Notes under the pieces: generated by a model
Seen by the model: the letters and a program-made list of their open reading frames with translations, nothing else
Database searches by the model: none
What the model was told of the DNA's origin: nothing
Position numbers and translations under genes: made by a program
Part shown: piece after piece, positions 7,500-15,881 of the stretch
How positions within the stretch are numbered: the first letter of the stretch is position 1
Layout of the letters: each line of letters starts with the position of its first letter
Assembly (NCBI GenBank): GCA_964354805.1
Contig: CAYHBD010000018.1
Coordinates: 1 to 20,832 of the forward strand
Length of the DNA stretch: 20,832 nt
Source of the DNA: an uncultured archaeon
GTDB lineage: Archaea; Iainarchaeota; Iainarchaeia; Iainarchaeales; GCA-2688035
Direction of reading: 5' to 3'

Positions 7500-9341
7500 C
7501 TACGCCCTCTCCACTCTCAGGACAGCAGGCAATTGTTCGATTTTTTTAATTATGTTTTCCAGCTGCCCTATGTTGTTTATTTTCACATTGAATACGCATG
7601 TCGCTATATTGTTAGGGCTGGCTTTTGCGTTTGTCGAGTTTATTGCAATTTTTGCGCTCTCAAAAGCCCCCAATACTGCCGGCAGCAATCCGGCGTAATC
7701 TTTTGCCTGCACTTTTATGTCCACATTGTAATCTTTTTTAGCCAAATCCCATTCAACCTGCAGCAATTTGCCCCCTCTTGCTCCCTTGATGTTTTCGCAT
7801 TCTTTTCTGTGGATCGTTGTTTTTCTTTTCGTTGTCCTGAAGCCAATGATTTCGTCTCCGGGCAGGGGATTGCAGCATTTCGCAATCCTGACAGTTTCAT
7901 CAGCTGTTGTTGTCAGCATGGCCGGCTTCTTTTTCATCCTGCCCCTTATTTTTATTCCAAGGCACTGCCTTATTTTCGCTTGCGCTTTGGGTGATTTAAC
8001 AAAATTCAGCCAGTGCCTTTTCACCTGCACTTTTTTGCTAGGCATTATTTCAACTACGTCTGTGTTCTGCAGCTCGTAGTGCAGCTGGACAATTTTTCCG
8101 TTCACTTTTGCTCTCTCGCATTTCGTTCCCAAATCACTGTGCACTGCAAAAGCGAAATCAACAGGAGTTGAGTGCTCAGGCAGGACAATCACCTGCTTTT
8201 TTGGGGTGAAAACAAAGATTTTGTTTTGGCCAAGCTGCATTTTCAGGCCAGGTGCCAAGCTGCCCTTTGTTTTCCTGTGCCATTCAACCAATTGCCTTGC
8301 CCACGCAAGCTTTTTGTCAAAGTACTTGTCTTTCTCATATTGCTTGTATTGCCAGTGCGCCGCAATTCCGCTTTCATCCTCATAATGCATTTCCATTGTC
8401 CTGATCTGCACTTCCAATGGCATCTTATTCCATTGCACAACAGTGTGAATGCTTCTATAGCCGTTTTTCTTCGGATTTGCAATATAGTCACTGAATTTGT
8501 TTGGCACAAGCTTATAGTTTGAGTGCACTGCCCCAAGCACTTCATAGCATTCTTTGATTGAATTGCAGATTATCCTTATTCCAAGCAAATCAAATATGTC
8601 GCTGAATTTCCTGTTCTGTTCCACGATTTTTTTGTATATCGCATAAAAGTATTTTGCCCTGCCCTCAATCGTTACATCCTTTTTCTCTTTCTGCATCAAT
8701 GCGTTGAATTCAGCAATTGCTTCAGCCAGCTCTGCTTCCCTTTGCCCCCTTTTCTTTGCAACCGTCGCCTTTATTTTTTGGTATATGTCAGGATGCAAAA
8801 CCTTGAAAGCAGCGTCCTCAACCATGCCTTTCAAATCATACAAGCCAAGCTTATGGCAAATCGGTGAATAAATGTTCAATGCCGCAGCTGCATATTCATT
8901 CAATTGCTCTTTGCTGAATTCAGCTGGATTCTGCAAAGCATCAAGCCTTACCGCAATTTTTACAAAAATTGCCCTAATGTCTTTTGCTGTTGCCAGCAAA
9001 ACCTGGGACAGCAAACCATTGCCAATTTTAGCAAAGTTGCGTCCCTCTATTTCCAACATTTTCGCGTGCTCTGACAAAATTAATGCAACATCTTTTCCAC
9101 AGACAGCTTCAATCTTTTCAATCGGCGCGCAGTCAAATAACACTACATCATGTAATAATGTTGCAGCAACCGTTTCCTCGTCAAACCCGAATTCGCTCAA
9201 AATAGCAGCAGCCCTGAGGCTGTGTTCCAGTTTCTGTTTTCCCCATTCAGCATCCTTTGCCGTAAGCAATCGTTCAGCCAAAGCGTACGCTTTCTCAATC
9301 AGGGAAGCGCCATTGTTTCCCTGCTGCTTTATTATGCTCAT
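7500..9341 (-). CDS. relA: Long RelA/SpoT homolog, (p)ppGpp synthetase (degenerate HD, SYNTH, TGS, ZFD, ACT)
   Basis: SYNTH motifs GRAKYFYAIYKK, DLLGIRII, DYIANPKKNGYRSIHT, EVQIRTMEMH, GIAAHWQYK. TGS VFTPK...TPVDFAFAVHSD. ZFD AKCCNPLPGDEIIG...IHRKEC. C-terminal ACT domain. Start uncertain (ATG 9341, ATG 9371 or TTG 9383). Confidence 0.95.
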   Translation of the reverse strand: MSIIKQQGNNGASLIEKAYALAERLLTAKDAEWGKQKLEHSLRAAAILSEFGFDEETVAATLLHDVVLFDCAPIEKIEAVCGKDVALILSEHAKMLEIEGRNFAKIGNGLLSQVLLATAKDIRAIFVKIAVRLDALQNPAEFSKEQLNEYAAAALNIYSPICHKLGLYDLKGMVEDAAFKVLHPDIYQKIKATVAKKRGQREAELAEAIAEFNALMQKEKKDVTIEGRAKYFYAIYKKIVEQNRKFSDIFDLLGIRIICNSIKECYEVLGAVHSNYKLVPNKFSDYIANPKKNGYRSIHTVVQWNKMPLEVQIRTMEMHYEDESGIAAHWQYKQYEKDKYFDKKLAWARQLVEWHRKTKGSLAPGLKMQLGQNKIFVFTPKKQVIVLPEHSTPVDFAFAVHSDLGTKCERAKVNGKIVQLHYELQNTDVVEIMPSKKVQVKRHWLNFVKSPKAQAKIRQCLGIKIRGRMKKKPAMLTTTADETVRIAKCCNPLPGDEIIGFRTTKRKTTIHRKECENIKGARGGKLLQVEWDLAKKDYNVDIKVQAKDYAGLLPAVLGAFESAKIAINSTNAKASPNNIATCVFNVKINNIGQLENIIKKIEQLPAVLRVERA

Positions 9342-9439
9342 CAATCCAACAGTAGAGCCTTTCGGTCGCATGCCTATTCCCAAAAAAATATTGTTGTGAA
9401 AAAATATTTAAATACCTATTTTTCCATTTTTCAGGCAGC

Positions 9440-9520
9440 TGTAATCATCAATTTTTTTTAAACATGGCTCGCCTGTTTATTTTTTCTTGCCCTGTGTGTA
9501 ATCATCAACTTTTTTAAACA
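9440..9520 (+). promoter_or_regulatory. Tandemly duplicated promoter-like element upstream of tpiA
   Basis: TGTAATCATCAATTTTTTTTAAACA (9440-9464) and TGTAATCATCAACTTTTTTAAACA (9497-9520). Each ends in a TTTAAA TATA-like box; the second lies about 25 nt before the tpiA ATG. Confidence 0.6.
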
Positions 9521-9540
9521 CTACCCATTTCCTTTCTACT

Positions 9541-10224
9541 ATGCAATTGAAAAAACCAATCCTTTTCATAAACTTCAAAACATACAGTGAAGCAACAGCA
9601 GGCAATGCCATTGCTTTGGCGAAAAAAGCTGAAAAAGCGGCAAAAACCACAAAAGGTTCGGTTGCGCTTGTTGTCCAGGCACTTGACCTGCGCATGATTG
9701 CTGAAAGCGTTAAGCTGCCTGTTTTTGCGCAGCACATCGATCCAATTGACCCAGGAAGCCACACAGGGCATATCCTAGCAAGCGCAGTAAAGGCAGCAGG
9801 CGCTGTTGGCACTGTTTTAAACCACGCCGAGAACAAAAGGGACAATGTTTTTTTGAGCAAGGCAATTGAGAAAGCAAAGGCAGCAGGCCTGGTTGTAATG
9901 GCTTGCGCTGAAACAACAGAAAGGGCACAGCAGATCGCCGCTTTTCCAGTGCTACCTGATTTGATTGCTGTTGAGCCCCCGGAGCTGATTGGTGGTGACA
10001 TAAGCGTCAGCACTGCTAGGCCAGAGCTGATTACAGAGAGCGTTGCAGCAATCAAGGAAATCGCCCCCGAGATTGATGTTATTACAGGCGCAGGAATCAA
10101 AACAGGCGCTGATGTAAAAAAAGCAGTTGAATTAGGCACCTGTGGTGTTTTTGTTGCCTCAGGAATTATAAAGGCAGCCGACCACTATAAGGCAATAGCC
10201 GATCTTTTGCAGGGGTTTCGCTGA
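9541..10224 (+). CDS. tpiA: Triosephosphate isomerase, archaeal type
   Basis: INFKTY, AQHID, GSHTG, LNHAE, AVEPPELIG, GAGIKT, GVFVASG; 227 aa, typical of the short archaeal form. Confidence 0.97.
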   Translation: MQLKKPILFINFKTYSEATAGNAIALAKKAEKAAKTTKGSVALVVQALDLRMIAESVKLPVFAQHIDPIDPGSHTGHILASAVKAAGAVGTVLNHAENKRDNVFLSKAIEKAKAAGLVVMACAETTERAQQIAAFPVLPDLIAVEPPELIGGDISVSTARPELITESVAAIKEIAPEIDVITGAGIKTGADVKKAVELGTCGVFVASGIIKAADHYKAIADLLQGFR

Positions 10225-10565
10225 TGCCAGAAGAAATGCAGAGAAACATCCAGGTTGTTGACGCGCCAGACCTCGATTCTTTTGATTTAAGCAAAATAAA
10301 CAACGCGTTAGCTACCGCTTATGATAAACTGCAGAGAATAGCAAACAATGACATTTCAATGGTTCTGCATTTCAAGGAATACAATACCGCCGGGAGAAGG
10401 GAAAAATTCAGCATTCACCTGCGCTTGGCCTTTCCCGGAAACAACGTGGTCGCAAGCGCGGTAAGCTGGAAAGCGCCGGATGCAGTCCAGCAGGCGCTGC
10501 GCATTCTTGAAAGGGAAACAGTTGAATCAATAAAGAGAAAAGAAGAGAGAGGCAAAAGGCCCTGA
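10224..10565 (+). CDS. Ribosome hibernation promoting factor (HPF/RaiA/S30AE)-like protein
   Basis: 113 aa with a beta-alpha-beta-beta-beta-alpha pattern. C-terminal KFSIHLRLAFPGNNVVASAVSWKAPDAVQQALRILERE resembles the HPF fold. Translationally coupled to tpiA by a TGATG overlap. Confidence 0.65.
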   Translation: MPEEMQRNIQVVDAPDLDSFDLSKINNALATAYDKLQRIANNDISMVLHFKEYNTAGRREKFSIHLRLAFPGNNVVASAVSWKAPDAVQQALRILERETVESIKRKEERGKRP

Positions 10566-10566
10566 T

Positions 10567-10908
10567 TCAGCGTTTTTTCTTTTTCTTCGCTTTTGCAGGT
10601 TTTTTCTTTCCCTTGCCTGCTTTCTTCGCTTTTTTTGCAGGCTTCTTTTTTCCCTTCTTTGCCCTAGTTGCCTTTTTTCCAGCCTTCTTTTTTCCGCCTT
10701 TTTTCTTTTTCATTATCTTCTTCTTTACAGTCTTTTTCTTCGCCCCTGCTTTCGCCTTCTTCTTTCCCCGCAAAGAATCCCTTGTCTCCCTTGTCATAGT
10801 TGAAACAAACAAGTCGCTATCCGGGCCTTTTTCATCCCTCAATTCGCGACGCATTTCCGCAATTATTTCCGCAACACTTCTCTTCTGGTCAGTCATTTTA
10901 AAAGCCAT
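10567..10908 (-). CDS. Small protein with a long Lys/Ala/Gly-rich tail (histone H1-like, possibly nucleic-acid binding)
   Basis: N-terminal ~48-aa mixed-charge region, then a low-complexity tail (KKKAKAGAKKK...KKPAKKAKK...). Confidence 0.75.
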   Translation of the reverse strand: MAFKMTDQKRSVAEIIAEMRRELRDEKGPDSDLFVSTMTRETRDSLRGKKKAKAGAKKKTVKKKIMKKKKGGKKKAGKKATRAKKGKKKPAKKAKKAGKGKKKPAKAKKKKKR

Positions 10909-10987
10909 TTTATTTAATTCTTTCCAGAGCTATTGAGTTTCTTCTAATATTTAATTATTTCGCACTTTAAGCCTAAAAAGCCATTTT

Positions 10988-12064
10988 TTAGCAGTATTCT
11001 AAATGGTTGAAAATGCCCTTTAATGCAAGCTTTTTCACTGCCACAACAGTGTCTGCGGCGCCGTAAAAAACAAGCAAATCCCTTCCTTTTTGATCAGGCA
11101 CTGCTCCTGTCGGAAAAACCACATTGCTTGTAAAGCCATGCCTTTCAAAGCCCTTTTCCGGCTCAAACAATGGCTCTTTTTTCGGCGACCTGGCCAGCAC
11201 TTTTTCCGGGTTGCGCAAATCAAGCAATACTGCGCCGGCGCTGTAAATTTTCTTCTTTCCCTCCTTTCTCACTCCGTGGTATATTTCAAGCCAGCCCTCT
11301 TTTGTTTTTATCGGCACTGCCCCAGCGCCAATCCTCTCGCTGTCCCAGCTTTTCTCCCTGCAGTGCAGAATGCTTTTCTCCCTGCCCCAATAAACCAGGT
11401 CCGGTGAATAAGAAATCCAAATGCTTGGCTTGCTGCCGCCAAAGAATCCCTCCGGTCTGTGCAATGCAACATACTTTCCTGCAACCTTCTCAGGAAAAAC
11501 AACCGCGTCCTTGTTCTGCTGGCTGAAAATAATCCCCCTCCTTTTCCAATTTTGCAAATCTTTTGAAATTGCAAGGGATGTTGAAATCCCTTCATTTATT
11601 GAAACAGAAACATAAGTCATCGCGTAGCTGTTTCCAATCCTTGTTATCCTTGGATCCTCAACTCCGTACTGTCCTTCTTCCGCTGTTCCGGTAAAAGTTG
11701 GCCTGCCGGCAATTTCTTCAACCTCAAAGCCGTCCTTGCTTAAAACAATTCTCCTGAAATGGGACAAGGTTGTCAGAATTAATCGCTTATCCCACAGCCT
11801 GATGCATGCCTTGTTTTTGCTCCGCACTTTCCCAGCAGCAAATTCATTGCACCTTGCCTTATAGCTCGGTGCTTTCACTATTTCAGGGCACCTGAATTTG
11901 CCGCTTTTTGCAGCAGGGGGCCTTTCAGCAACCCTCGCAAGCAAAAGAATTCTGCTATCCCTCATCCTTGCGGCAGCAGGATTGAACACGCCGGCAACAC
12001 TCCAGCCGGAAAAAGAAGGCTTTACATCCACGGGCTTAACCAGAACTTTCCCAATTGCTTTCAT
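10988..12064 (-). CDS. Glycoside hydrolase family 130 protein (beta-mannoside phosphorylase/hydrolase)
   Basis: GVFNPAA, YGVEDPRIT, NKDAVVFPEK, ALHRP, IGAGAVPIKTKEGWLEIYHG, NVVFPTG, FYGAAD. Confidence 0.92.
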   Translation of the reverse strand: MKAIGKVLVKPVDVKPSFSGWSVAGVFNPAAARMRDSRILLLARVAERPPAAKSGKFRCPEIVKAPSYKARCNEFAAGKVRSKNKACIRLWDKRLILTTLSHFRRIVLSKDGFEVEEIAGRPTFTGTAEEGQYGVEDPRITRIGNSYAMTYVSVSINEGISTSLAISKDLQNWKRRGIIFSQQNKDAVVFPEKVAGKYVALHRPEGFFGGSKPSIWISYSPDLVYWGREKSILHCREKSWDSERIGAGAVPIKTKEGWLEIYHGVRKEGKKKIYSAGAVLLDLRNPEKVLARSPKKEPLFEPEKGFERHGFTSNVVFPTGAVPDQKGRDLLVFYGAADTVVAVKKLALKGIFNHLEYC

Positions 12065-12124
12065 GTTCTCTTAATAGAAAATGCGCTTCTTTCTTTTAAC
12101 CCTTCTCAAATAGTTATGTATAAG

Positions 12125-12401
12125 TGTGGGCGTGCTTTGAAATGGGTTTAATCTGTTGAAAAAAGTTTTTTCACTGCTGCCGCTTGCTTTCGCTTCCCTC
12201 GAAGCATTCTTCGTTGTTGTTACCGTTGCTCTCTTCCGAGCCTGGCGGGTTTCGCAGCAGCAAAAAACCTAAGAGGACAAAAGCTCATCGCATGCAGCAA
12301 TGGCTTTTTTCATCAGCGTTAAACCGCTCCCAAAGCTTCGGTTCCAGCGTGAAGCGGATTTCTGGCAACAGAGGACCGCTGGCCCTCCAACCTAGCCCAC
12401 A
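12125..12401 (-). ncRNA. ffs: Archaeal SRP RNA (7S RNA)
   Basis: On the minus strand, 5' TGTGGGC pairs with 3' GCCCACA (helix 1). Alu-domain-like GGCTAGGTTGGAGGGCCAGCGGTCCTCTGT...AAATCCGCT. Helix 8 signature CGCCAGGCTCGGAAGAGAGCAACGG. TATA-like TTTAAAAA at 12430-12423. Confidence 0.9.
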
Positions 12402-12525
12402 AATAAACTGTCTTTAAAGCATTTTTTAAAGGTTTTTAATTGGGCGCATTTTCTTGTTAATTGCTGTTTTGGAATTTAAAGCATTTTTAAAAGTTTTTGT
12501 ATTATTATATATTGGGTGGTTTTGT

Positions 12526-12780
12526 TTGGGCGAAACAAAAATTGGGAAGGTTGCGCACTTTTATGACAAAATAAGCGTTGCTGTAATTGAGTTGAGCGCT
12601 GCATTGAAGGTTGGTGACAAAATTAAATTTAAAAGGGGCGAAGAGGAATTCACTCAGGGCGTTGACAGCATGCAGATAGAGCACGATCAGATTAAGGCAG
12701 CGAAAAAGGGCCAGGCAATCGGGATGAAGACAACTCAGCCAGTGCACGAAGGCGCAGAAGTGTTCAAGGTAACGGAATGA
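12526..12780 (+). CDS. Small beta-barrel protein (EF-Tu domain II-like / peptidase U32 C-terminal-like), 84 aa
   Basis: IGKVAHFYDKISVAVIEL...LKVGDKI...FTQ.VDSMQIEH..I..AKKGQAIG. TTG start at 12526 preceded by a GGGTGG SD-like sequence. Confidence 0.8.
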   Translation: MGETKIGKVAHFYDKISVAVIELSAALKVGDKIKFKRGEEEFTQGVDSMQIEHDQIKAAKKGQAIGMKTTQPVHEGAEVFKVTE

Positions 12781-12789
12781 ATTGCGCGG

Positions 12790-12808
12790 TTGAATTTTTT
12801 AAATTCAA
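12790..12808. terminator. Inverted repeat (terminator or operator)
   Basis: TTGAATTT-TTT-AAATTCAA, a perfect 8-bp stem with outer ATTGC/GCAAT pairing, just after the stop at 12780. Confidence 0.35.
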
Positions 12809-12866
12809 TTTTGCTGCAATTAGGATTAAATATTTGAAAGCAGTAAATTATATTAGGTGAAATCAA

Positions 12867-12971
12867 TTGGTAAGACCAAAAACACGAACACGGCGTAGTG
12901 GTTCTTCATTGCGCTTTTTTGCTTCATTGCAGGCTCGCGCAAGAGGGGCAAGAAAACGCGTTAAAAAATAA
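12867..12971 (+). CDS. Unannotated 34-aa highly basic peptide
   Basis: SD GGTGA (12856-12860), 6-nt spacer, TTG start. Translation MVRPKTRTRRSGSSLRFFASLQARARGARKRVKK. TATA-like TTAAATA at 12826-12832. Confidence 0.6.
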   Translation: MVRPKTRTRRSGSSLRFFASLQARARGARKRVKK

Positions 12972-13065
12972 AAAATAGAAAAAAATTAGTTGTTTTATTC
13001 TTTCACGCCTGCTATTCTGTTCTTCCGCTGTTTTTTCCGGCAGCAGTGTCCTGCTTGGGTTTGCT

Positions 13066-15294
13066 TTATTCTTCCACGTCTTCCAGCCCGTTTTCCGTTA
13101 CCCTGAATATTGCTTCCCCGTCAGGCAGTGATGGCGAATCGACAAGCTTTGCAACCCTTTTGTCTTCCTTGCTTTTGCGCAGGTAAATCCTGGTTTTTGC
13201 GGCGTGGGCCAGTATTTCTCCGCCAACCGGCGCTGTCGGGTCTCCAAATAAAATGTCCGGCCTCTGCATTACCTGGTTTGTTACCAAAACAGCGATGTTG
13301 TTCATTTCCGCTAATTTTGCCAAAGTTCTTAGATGCTTGTTAAGTTTTTGCTGTCTGTCTGCCAGCATTCCTCTGCCAATAAATTCTGACCTAAACTGGG
13401 CTATCAGTGAGTCAACGATTAGCAGTTTGATGTTTTTTTCTTTTATCATTTCAGCTGCTTTCTCCGCCAGCAGCATCTGGTGGTCGGAGTTGTGGCAGCA
13501 AACTCCGCCAAAACCGGCAACAAAATTTTGGTACGGGGCGGACGCTGAGTTAATTGCAAAGTCGTATACCTTTTCTTTTGGATTGACTCTTATTCTTTCA
13601 ATTGCTTTTATTCTCGCAAATGCTAAATCATCCCATGTTGGAGTGTTTAGGTTTTGCTTGACCTTGTCAAGTTGTAGGGGATCGTTGATGTTCAAGCCAG
13701 CTGCTTCTATTCTGTAGGGCTGTTTCCAATGTTTTTTTGCATTCTTCAGTCGCAGTTTTTGAATAGCGGCAACTACTTTAAAACGCAGTAGCAACATTGT
13801 TGTGTCGTGGGCAAGCTTTTTACTTGAGGTAATGAAGATTAACCTGTTCTTTGGTCGTGAATTGGCATGGTAGCCATCGCCATCCCAGTATCCTTTAATA
13901 AAATGTTTTACTTTCTCTTTTGGCAATTTGAAAACAAAGCCAGGGACGGTTCTTTCCGGGCTTTTGGTTCCAATAGGCAGCTCAAAACAGTATTTTAGGA
14001 CAAGGCACAATAACCTGCTTGGAATTAAGAGCAATGCCCCATTTCTGCCTTTTATCTTATGCAAGAATGTCTTAACTAAAAACTTCTCTTCGATGATTCT
14101 TTTTGCTTTGGCGCATAATTCCTCTTCGCTGTTTATTCTAAGTCTAATCGGCCTCTCTTTATATTGGCTGTTGCCTTCAGCAATCCAAAAACCCAGCAGC
14201 CATAGAAGGTCATTATCCACTTTGATTCTGCTTGGGATTCTTGTCGCTTTTCTTTTGCCTGTGTGTTTTAGCTTGATGAATTCATTCTCTCCATCGCGCT
14301 CTATAACTATTTCTTTTTTTATCTCTTTTGGAAATTTATTGCAAGCAATGGCTAAATTGATTTCTTCAATGTCTTCTTCTGTCACTGGCAGGCAGCGGGG
14401 TATTGCTATATAGTCCCCTGTCTTAAGTAAAGATGCGTAATATGCCTCTGGCCTCATGTTGCCCTTTTCTCTTCTCACCGTTTTTCTCTTTTTTCCAAAC
14501 CTCTGCCCCCTAAATACACTGTGTGAGCCGGTGACAGTAAGTTCTCTGCCAAAAACTGTTTCGATTTTATACAGTTCATTGTTTCTTCCGATTGGGTGGC
14601 TTATAAGGGATGTTACCTTTGCAGGTACAATGCCCCCATTTTCGGGATTAAAAGAAAAAGCAACAATTTCATTATTCTGACGATTTTCTACAACATCTGC
14701 CATGTCAGTATTGTGAAATTCTGCATCATTTAAGATGCTAACTGGCTCGCTGCCTTGAAGGCTGTTGTAGGCTCTTGCCACATAAATGTTTTTCAGAACA
14801 TTTTCAGGATCAAGCTTCAAGTGCTTTGCAATCTGGATTATTCTCTCCGGCCTAAAGCTGTTTTCCGAGTCAATGTACAAGCAGTTTCCTTCCAGGCCGC
14901 CTTTTTCTTTTGGCAGTTGCACTGTTACCGCTGTTTCAAAGCACCATTGGGATTTCGAAGAGGCAAATTTTCCATAGATCTCGGTTATTGATTGCGTTTC
15001 AATGCCCCCGCCGATAAGTGAATCAACCTCTTTGCTCCCTGTTGTTATTTTTCCAACAAGCTTTCTTTTCTCTGCGAGCACGTCAGCCGTTTCAAATCCC
15101 ATCTCCAAAGCGTCTCTCGCTGCCTTGATTGCTTTCTCAGCTGTTCCCTCGCCCAAGCCTGCAACCTCAATCAATTCCATTGGAGAAGCAACAGCCATTG
15201 ATTCAAGCGTTTTATATCCTGCAGAAATTAGTTTCTCGCTTGCCTGCGGTCCGATTCCAGGCAGGTCCTGTATTGATTTTATCTCTTTTCCCAT
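13066..15294 (-). CDS. radA: DNA repair and recombination protein RadA, intein-containing (317-aa extein)
   Basis: N-terminal HhH (DLPGIGP), [76 protein letters not shown] before ATG 15294. Confidence 0.97.
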   Translation of the reverse strand: MGKEIKSIQDLPGIGPQASEKLISAGYKTLESMAVASPMELIEVAGLGEGTAEKAIKAARDALEMGFETADVLAEKRKLVGKITTGSKEVDSLIGGGIETQSITEIYGKFASSKSQWCFETAVTVQLPKEKGGLEGNCLYIDSENSFRPERIIQIAKHLKLDPENVLKNIYVARAYNSLQGSEPVSILNDAEFHNTDMADVVENRQNNEIVAFSFNPENGGIVPAKVTSLISHPIGRNNELYKIETVFGRELTVTGSHSVFRGQRFGKKRKTVRREKGNMRPEAYYASLLKTGDYIAIPRCLPVTEEDIEEINLAIACNKFPKEIKKEIVIERDGENEFIKLKHTGKRKATRIPSRIKVDNDLLWLLGFWIAEGNSQYKERPIRLRINSEEELCAKAKRIIEEKFLVKTFLHKIKGRNGALLLIPSRLLCLVLKYCFELPIGTKSPERTVPGFVFKLPKEKVKHFIKGYWDGDGYHANSRPKNRLIFITSSKKLAHDTTMLLLRFKVVAAIQKLRLKNAKKHWKQPYRIEAAGLNINDPLQLDKVKQNLNTPTWDDLAFARIKAIERIRVNPKEKVYDFAINSASAPYQNFVAGFGGVCCHNSDHQMLLAEKAAEMIKEKNIKLLIVDSLIAQFRSEFIGRGMLADRQQKLNKHLRTLAKLAEMNNIAVLVTNQVMQRPDILFGDPTAPVGGEILAHAAKTRIYLRKSKEDKRVAKLVDSPSLPDGEAIFRVTENGLEDVEE
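13489..14763 (-). mobile_element. Intein in RadA (425 aa) with a LAGLIDADG homing endonuclease
   Basis: Junctions ARAYN|SLQGSEPV...GVCCHN|SDHQ. Block B VTGSHSVF, block F VYDF. LAGLIDADG helices LLGFWIAEG and [10 protein letters not shown]. Excision restores ARAYNSDHQ. Confidence 0.95.
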
Positions 15295-15505
15295 ACAAAT
15301 TCCTCCTTGCAAAAGCTAATGCATTTGACTGGTTGGCTTTGGATTTCCACGCAATCCTGGCATTGCCCTGCTTCTATTCAATTATACCGCGAATGTGCTT
15401 TAAAAAGGTTTTCAAAGAGCAGCCTTCCGCTGGTTCTGATAAATTCAATGCAATTTTGTTTATTTGTTTGCCAGCCGGTTGCTGGTTTTTCCTGCAGTCG
15501 TATGT

Positions 15506-15862
15506 TTATCCGCTTGCCAGCTGGATGTCCAGTGATTTGTATAAAGCCTGCAAATAAACCATTTGCTTTTCTTTGCTTTTTTTAATTAAGCTGTATTTCG
15601 CAAGCAATGCAACATCCCTGCTGACAGCCTCCTGCTTTCTTTTAAGCTCGCCAGCCAGTTCGCTTATTGTTTTCTTTTCAGCCTGGTGGCTGATTATGTG
15701 CATGAGCAGCTCCAATCTTTTCGGTGAAAGGATTTCATACAATTCGCTGCAGTTTTTCAGGTAAAGCGTGTGAGTGCCCAGCTCTGCTTTCGCCGGGTTA
15801 TAAAAAACGGTTTTCAAATCTTTGTTCATCACGCCACCAATCTTGATTACCAATCGCATCAT
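15506..15862 (-). CDS. wHTH transcriptional regulator (COG4190/HVO_A0114-like), putative antitoxin
   Basis: LYEILSPKRLELL...TISELAGELKRKQEAVSRDVALL pattern. ATG at 15862 or 15859. Confidence 0.75.
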   Translation of the reverse strand: MMRLVIKIGGVMNKDLKTVFYNPAKAELGTHTLYLKNCSELYEILSPKRLELLMHIISHQAEKKTISELAGELKRKQEAVSRDVALLAKYSLIKKSKEKQMVYLQALYKSLDIQLASG

Positions 15863-15881
15863 ATGGAACTGCCCCTTTATT

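Noticed and set aside
10613-10936. Phe-rich membrane-like ORF
   Set aside because: It is the antisense shadow of the Lys-rich gene (AAA/AAG codons read as TTT/CTT).
12125-12401. RNase P RNA
   Set aside because: It lacks the GAGGAAAGTCC and AACAGAA P4 signatures and carries the SRP helix 8 motif instead.
12184-12417. 77-aa plus-strand ORF
   Set aside because: It is antisense to the SRP RNA and has no recognisable protein features.
15316-15363. 15-codon upstream ORF in the radA leader (minus strand)
   Set aside because: It is short enough to arise by chance and has no supporting features.
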